Part shown: positions 8,947-11,164 of the stretch, piece by piece
Position numbering within the stretch: position 1 is the stretch's first letter
How the letters are laid out: each line of letters starts with the position of its first letter
NCBI RefSeq assembly: GCF_006345805.1
Contig: NW_021827082.1
Coordinates: 1-11,164, forward strand
Origin: Octopus sinensis
Taxonomy: Eukaryota
Reading direction: 5' to 3'
Length of the DNA: 11,164 bases
Program-made: the position numbers and the translations under genes
Notes under the pieces: generated by a model
Told to the model about the DNA's origin: nothing
Database searches by the model: none
The model's input: only the letters and a program-made list of their open reading frames with translations

Positions 8947-9131
8947 GGCACATGGCCTAGTGGTTAGAGCAGCGGACTCGCGGTCGAGGGATCGCGGGTT
9001 AGAATCTCAGACTGGGCGATGTGTGTGTTTATGAGCGAAGCACCTAAGCTCCACCGTGCGGCTCCGGCAGAAGGTAATGGCGAACTTCTGCTGACTCTTT
9101 TGCCACAACTTTCCTCTCACTGTTTCCTCCT
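8947..9131 (+). mobile_element. tRNA-derived SINE family B variant
   Basis: Canonical A box TGGCCTAGTGG and the same GCAGCGGACTCGCGGTCG arm as the 7086 copy. The body is colinear with that copy. Confidence 0.88.
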
Positions 9132-9149
9132 ACATCTGTCTATCTATCT

Positions 9150-9436
<287 letters not shown>

Positions 9437-10186
9437 AAAAAGTCGTGGATCAAAAAGAGGCCGAGGAAGGGCGATTGGCACCGCGAGTGTCGCGTTGTTC
9501 TCAAGCAACTCTGCCGTCCCGGGTCGACCTTGAGTGACTTCAACACAACCAAAGCATTCTATAGGGGATTAGTGGAAGGGAGGTACGACGACGAGCTCGG
9601 GGCGAACCTGGACGTCGACGAGGAGTACCTGACCGCCTGTTCAGGACGACTTTCGGGCCAGGGCCCATGGACAACTTCCAGAGATCCTGGCCTGGCAGTG
9701 CTACCGAGAAGCGCTACCCGTTCGGGATAAGCTCTACAGACACGGCTCGAGAAACACGGGCCGACCTGCCCGAGATGCGGTCAGAGCGACGAAACCGTTC
9801 TGCACGCACTCGTGCAGTGTCTAACAATTTCCGACCTGTGGGCTTATGTCGAACAACTGCTGTCACGTGTGGGACGAGTCGGTTTATCATCTGAGTCTAT
9901 CGTCAATATTGTCACGCCTCCTTCCTTCAAACGGGAAGGAAGAGCTATTTTCATCATCCTTGTGGCTATGGCGAAAGAATGTATCTGGTGGACGCGTCTG
10001 AAAGGATTGGAGACAAACACTTTCCTCTCTGGTCAATCTCTCATCAACTTCTTCAAGTACCACTTGAAAAGGAAAGTGAGAGTAGAGAGGCAAGTTTTGT
10101 CTAGCGAAGGTTTTAAAAAAAGATGGGTGAATGTAGCAAGGATGGCACGTATGAATGACGAAGCCACCTTGAGCATAATCCTATGA
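9437..10186 (+). pseudogene. Frameshifted LINE ORF2 C-terminal region with zf-RVT-like CCHC knuckle
   Basis: Repairing 1-bp frameshifts near 9636, 9687 and 9760 gives ...TTKAFYRGLV...MDNFQRSLAWQCYREALPVRDKLYRHG...CPRCGQSDETVLHALVQC...LW...AKECIWWTR... The CX2CX8HX4C motif is at 9767-9820 and the stop is at 10186. Confidence 0.88.
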
Positions 10187-10650
10187 ACCTAGAAATTGAA
10201 AACAGAGGGTTACTCACTTGCAAACAAATGTGGTAACATATAACAATATTGACCAAGGTTACCGTGGTCTTTTTCGTAGGCTTTTCTTCCCACGGATAAA
10301 CCTTACTTGCTTTCCCCTTTACACCATATATCATAACACTGTGATACACGATCCCTATTGGTCGTTCTTTTTTTTCCTGTTCCCCTTTTTTTCCCCTTTT
10401 TTCTTCTTTTTTTATTTCTCTTTCCTTTTGTTCCTTTTCCTTTTCTTTTTTTTCTTTTTATTCTCTTTATTTTATTAAATTTTTGTTTTGTTTTTGTTCT
10501 TTTCTTCCCTTTTACGATCCCTCTTGATCGAAAACCTACGCCACCCCCTTTTTTTCTTTTGTTTTTTGTTCTCTTCATCCCCCAAAAGAAAAGCTCCACC
10601 TTGTAACTTGTCCCATCTGTGTGCAGCCCTGTGTGGCCAATAAAGAAACT
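9437..10650 (+). mobile_element. 5'-truncated non-LTR retrotransposon, L1/Tx1 clade (ORF2 C-terminus plus 3' UTR)
   Basis: Coding remnant to 10186, then a T-rich 3' UTR, AATAAA at 10639 and (TATC)n. Confidence 0.88.
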
Positions 10651-10932
<282 letters not shown>

Positions 10933-11110
10933 GTGTGTGTGTTTGTGTGTCTATGGTATGCGCAGTTATGTGTCGGCAGGCAGAGACTAGAGAACAAAAA
11001 CATACGAAAGAGTAAAGTCATTTTGCAGGTTAAAATTGTGACGAACGTACATTCATTTGCCACTCCTCGAATATTTCTTTCAGTCGAATGCATACGACTA
11101 TAAAGCAAAT

Positions 11111-11111
<1 letters not shown>

Positions 11112-11163
<52 letters not shown>
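11112..11163. repeat. (CA)n microsatellite
   Basis: Directly visible. Confidence 0.97.

Positions 11164-11164
<1 letters not shown>

Noticed and set aside
8947-9020. Possible tRNA gene (also 7086-7156)
   Set aside because: The cloverleaf is imperfect and continues into a shared repeat body, so it is a SINE head.

Overview
This is AT-rich, repeat-saturated eukaryotic non-coding DNA with no credible host gene. The repeat families look like those of a coleoid cephalopod (Octopus-like), which is an inference from recalled repeat sequences. It contains many microsatellites, a 1.2-kb polypyrimidine minisatellite, about 11 copies or fragments of at least four SINE families, two mariner terminal remnants and a 221-bp hAT MITE with an 8-bp TSD. 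The only real protein-coding signal is a frameshifted L1/Tx1-type ORF2 C-terminus with a CCHC zinc knuckle. Four observations stand out. (1) A near-canonical minimal type I hammerhead ribozyme lies on the minus strand at 4051-4095, with a second degenerate one at 6871-6908 (Penelope/retrozyme-like). (2) Two truncated copies of one Tx1-like LINE are each embedded in (TATC)n, suggesting a GATA-microsatellite-targeting retrotransposon. (3) An inverted SINE pair could form a dsRNA stem of about 230 bp. (4) Several nested insertions can be ordered in time. Almost all supplied ORFs are microsatellite or low-complexity artefacts.
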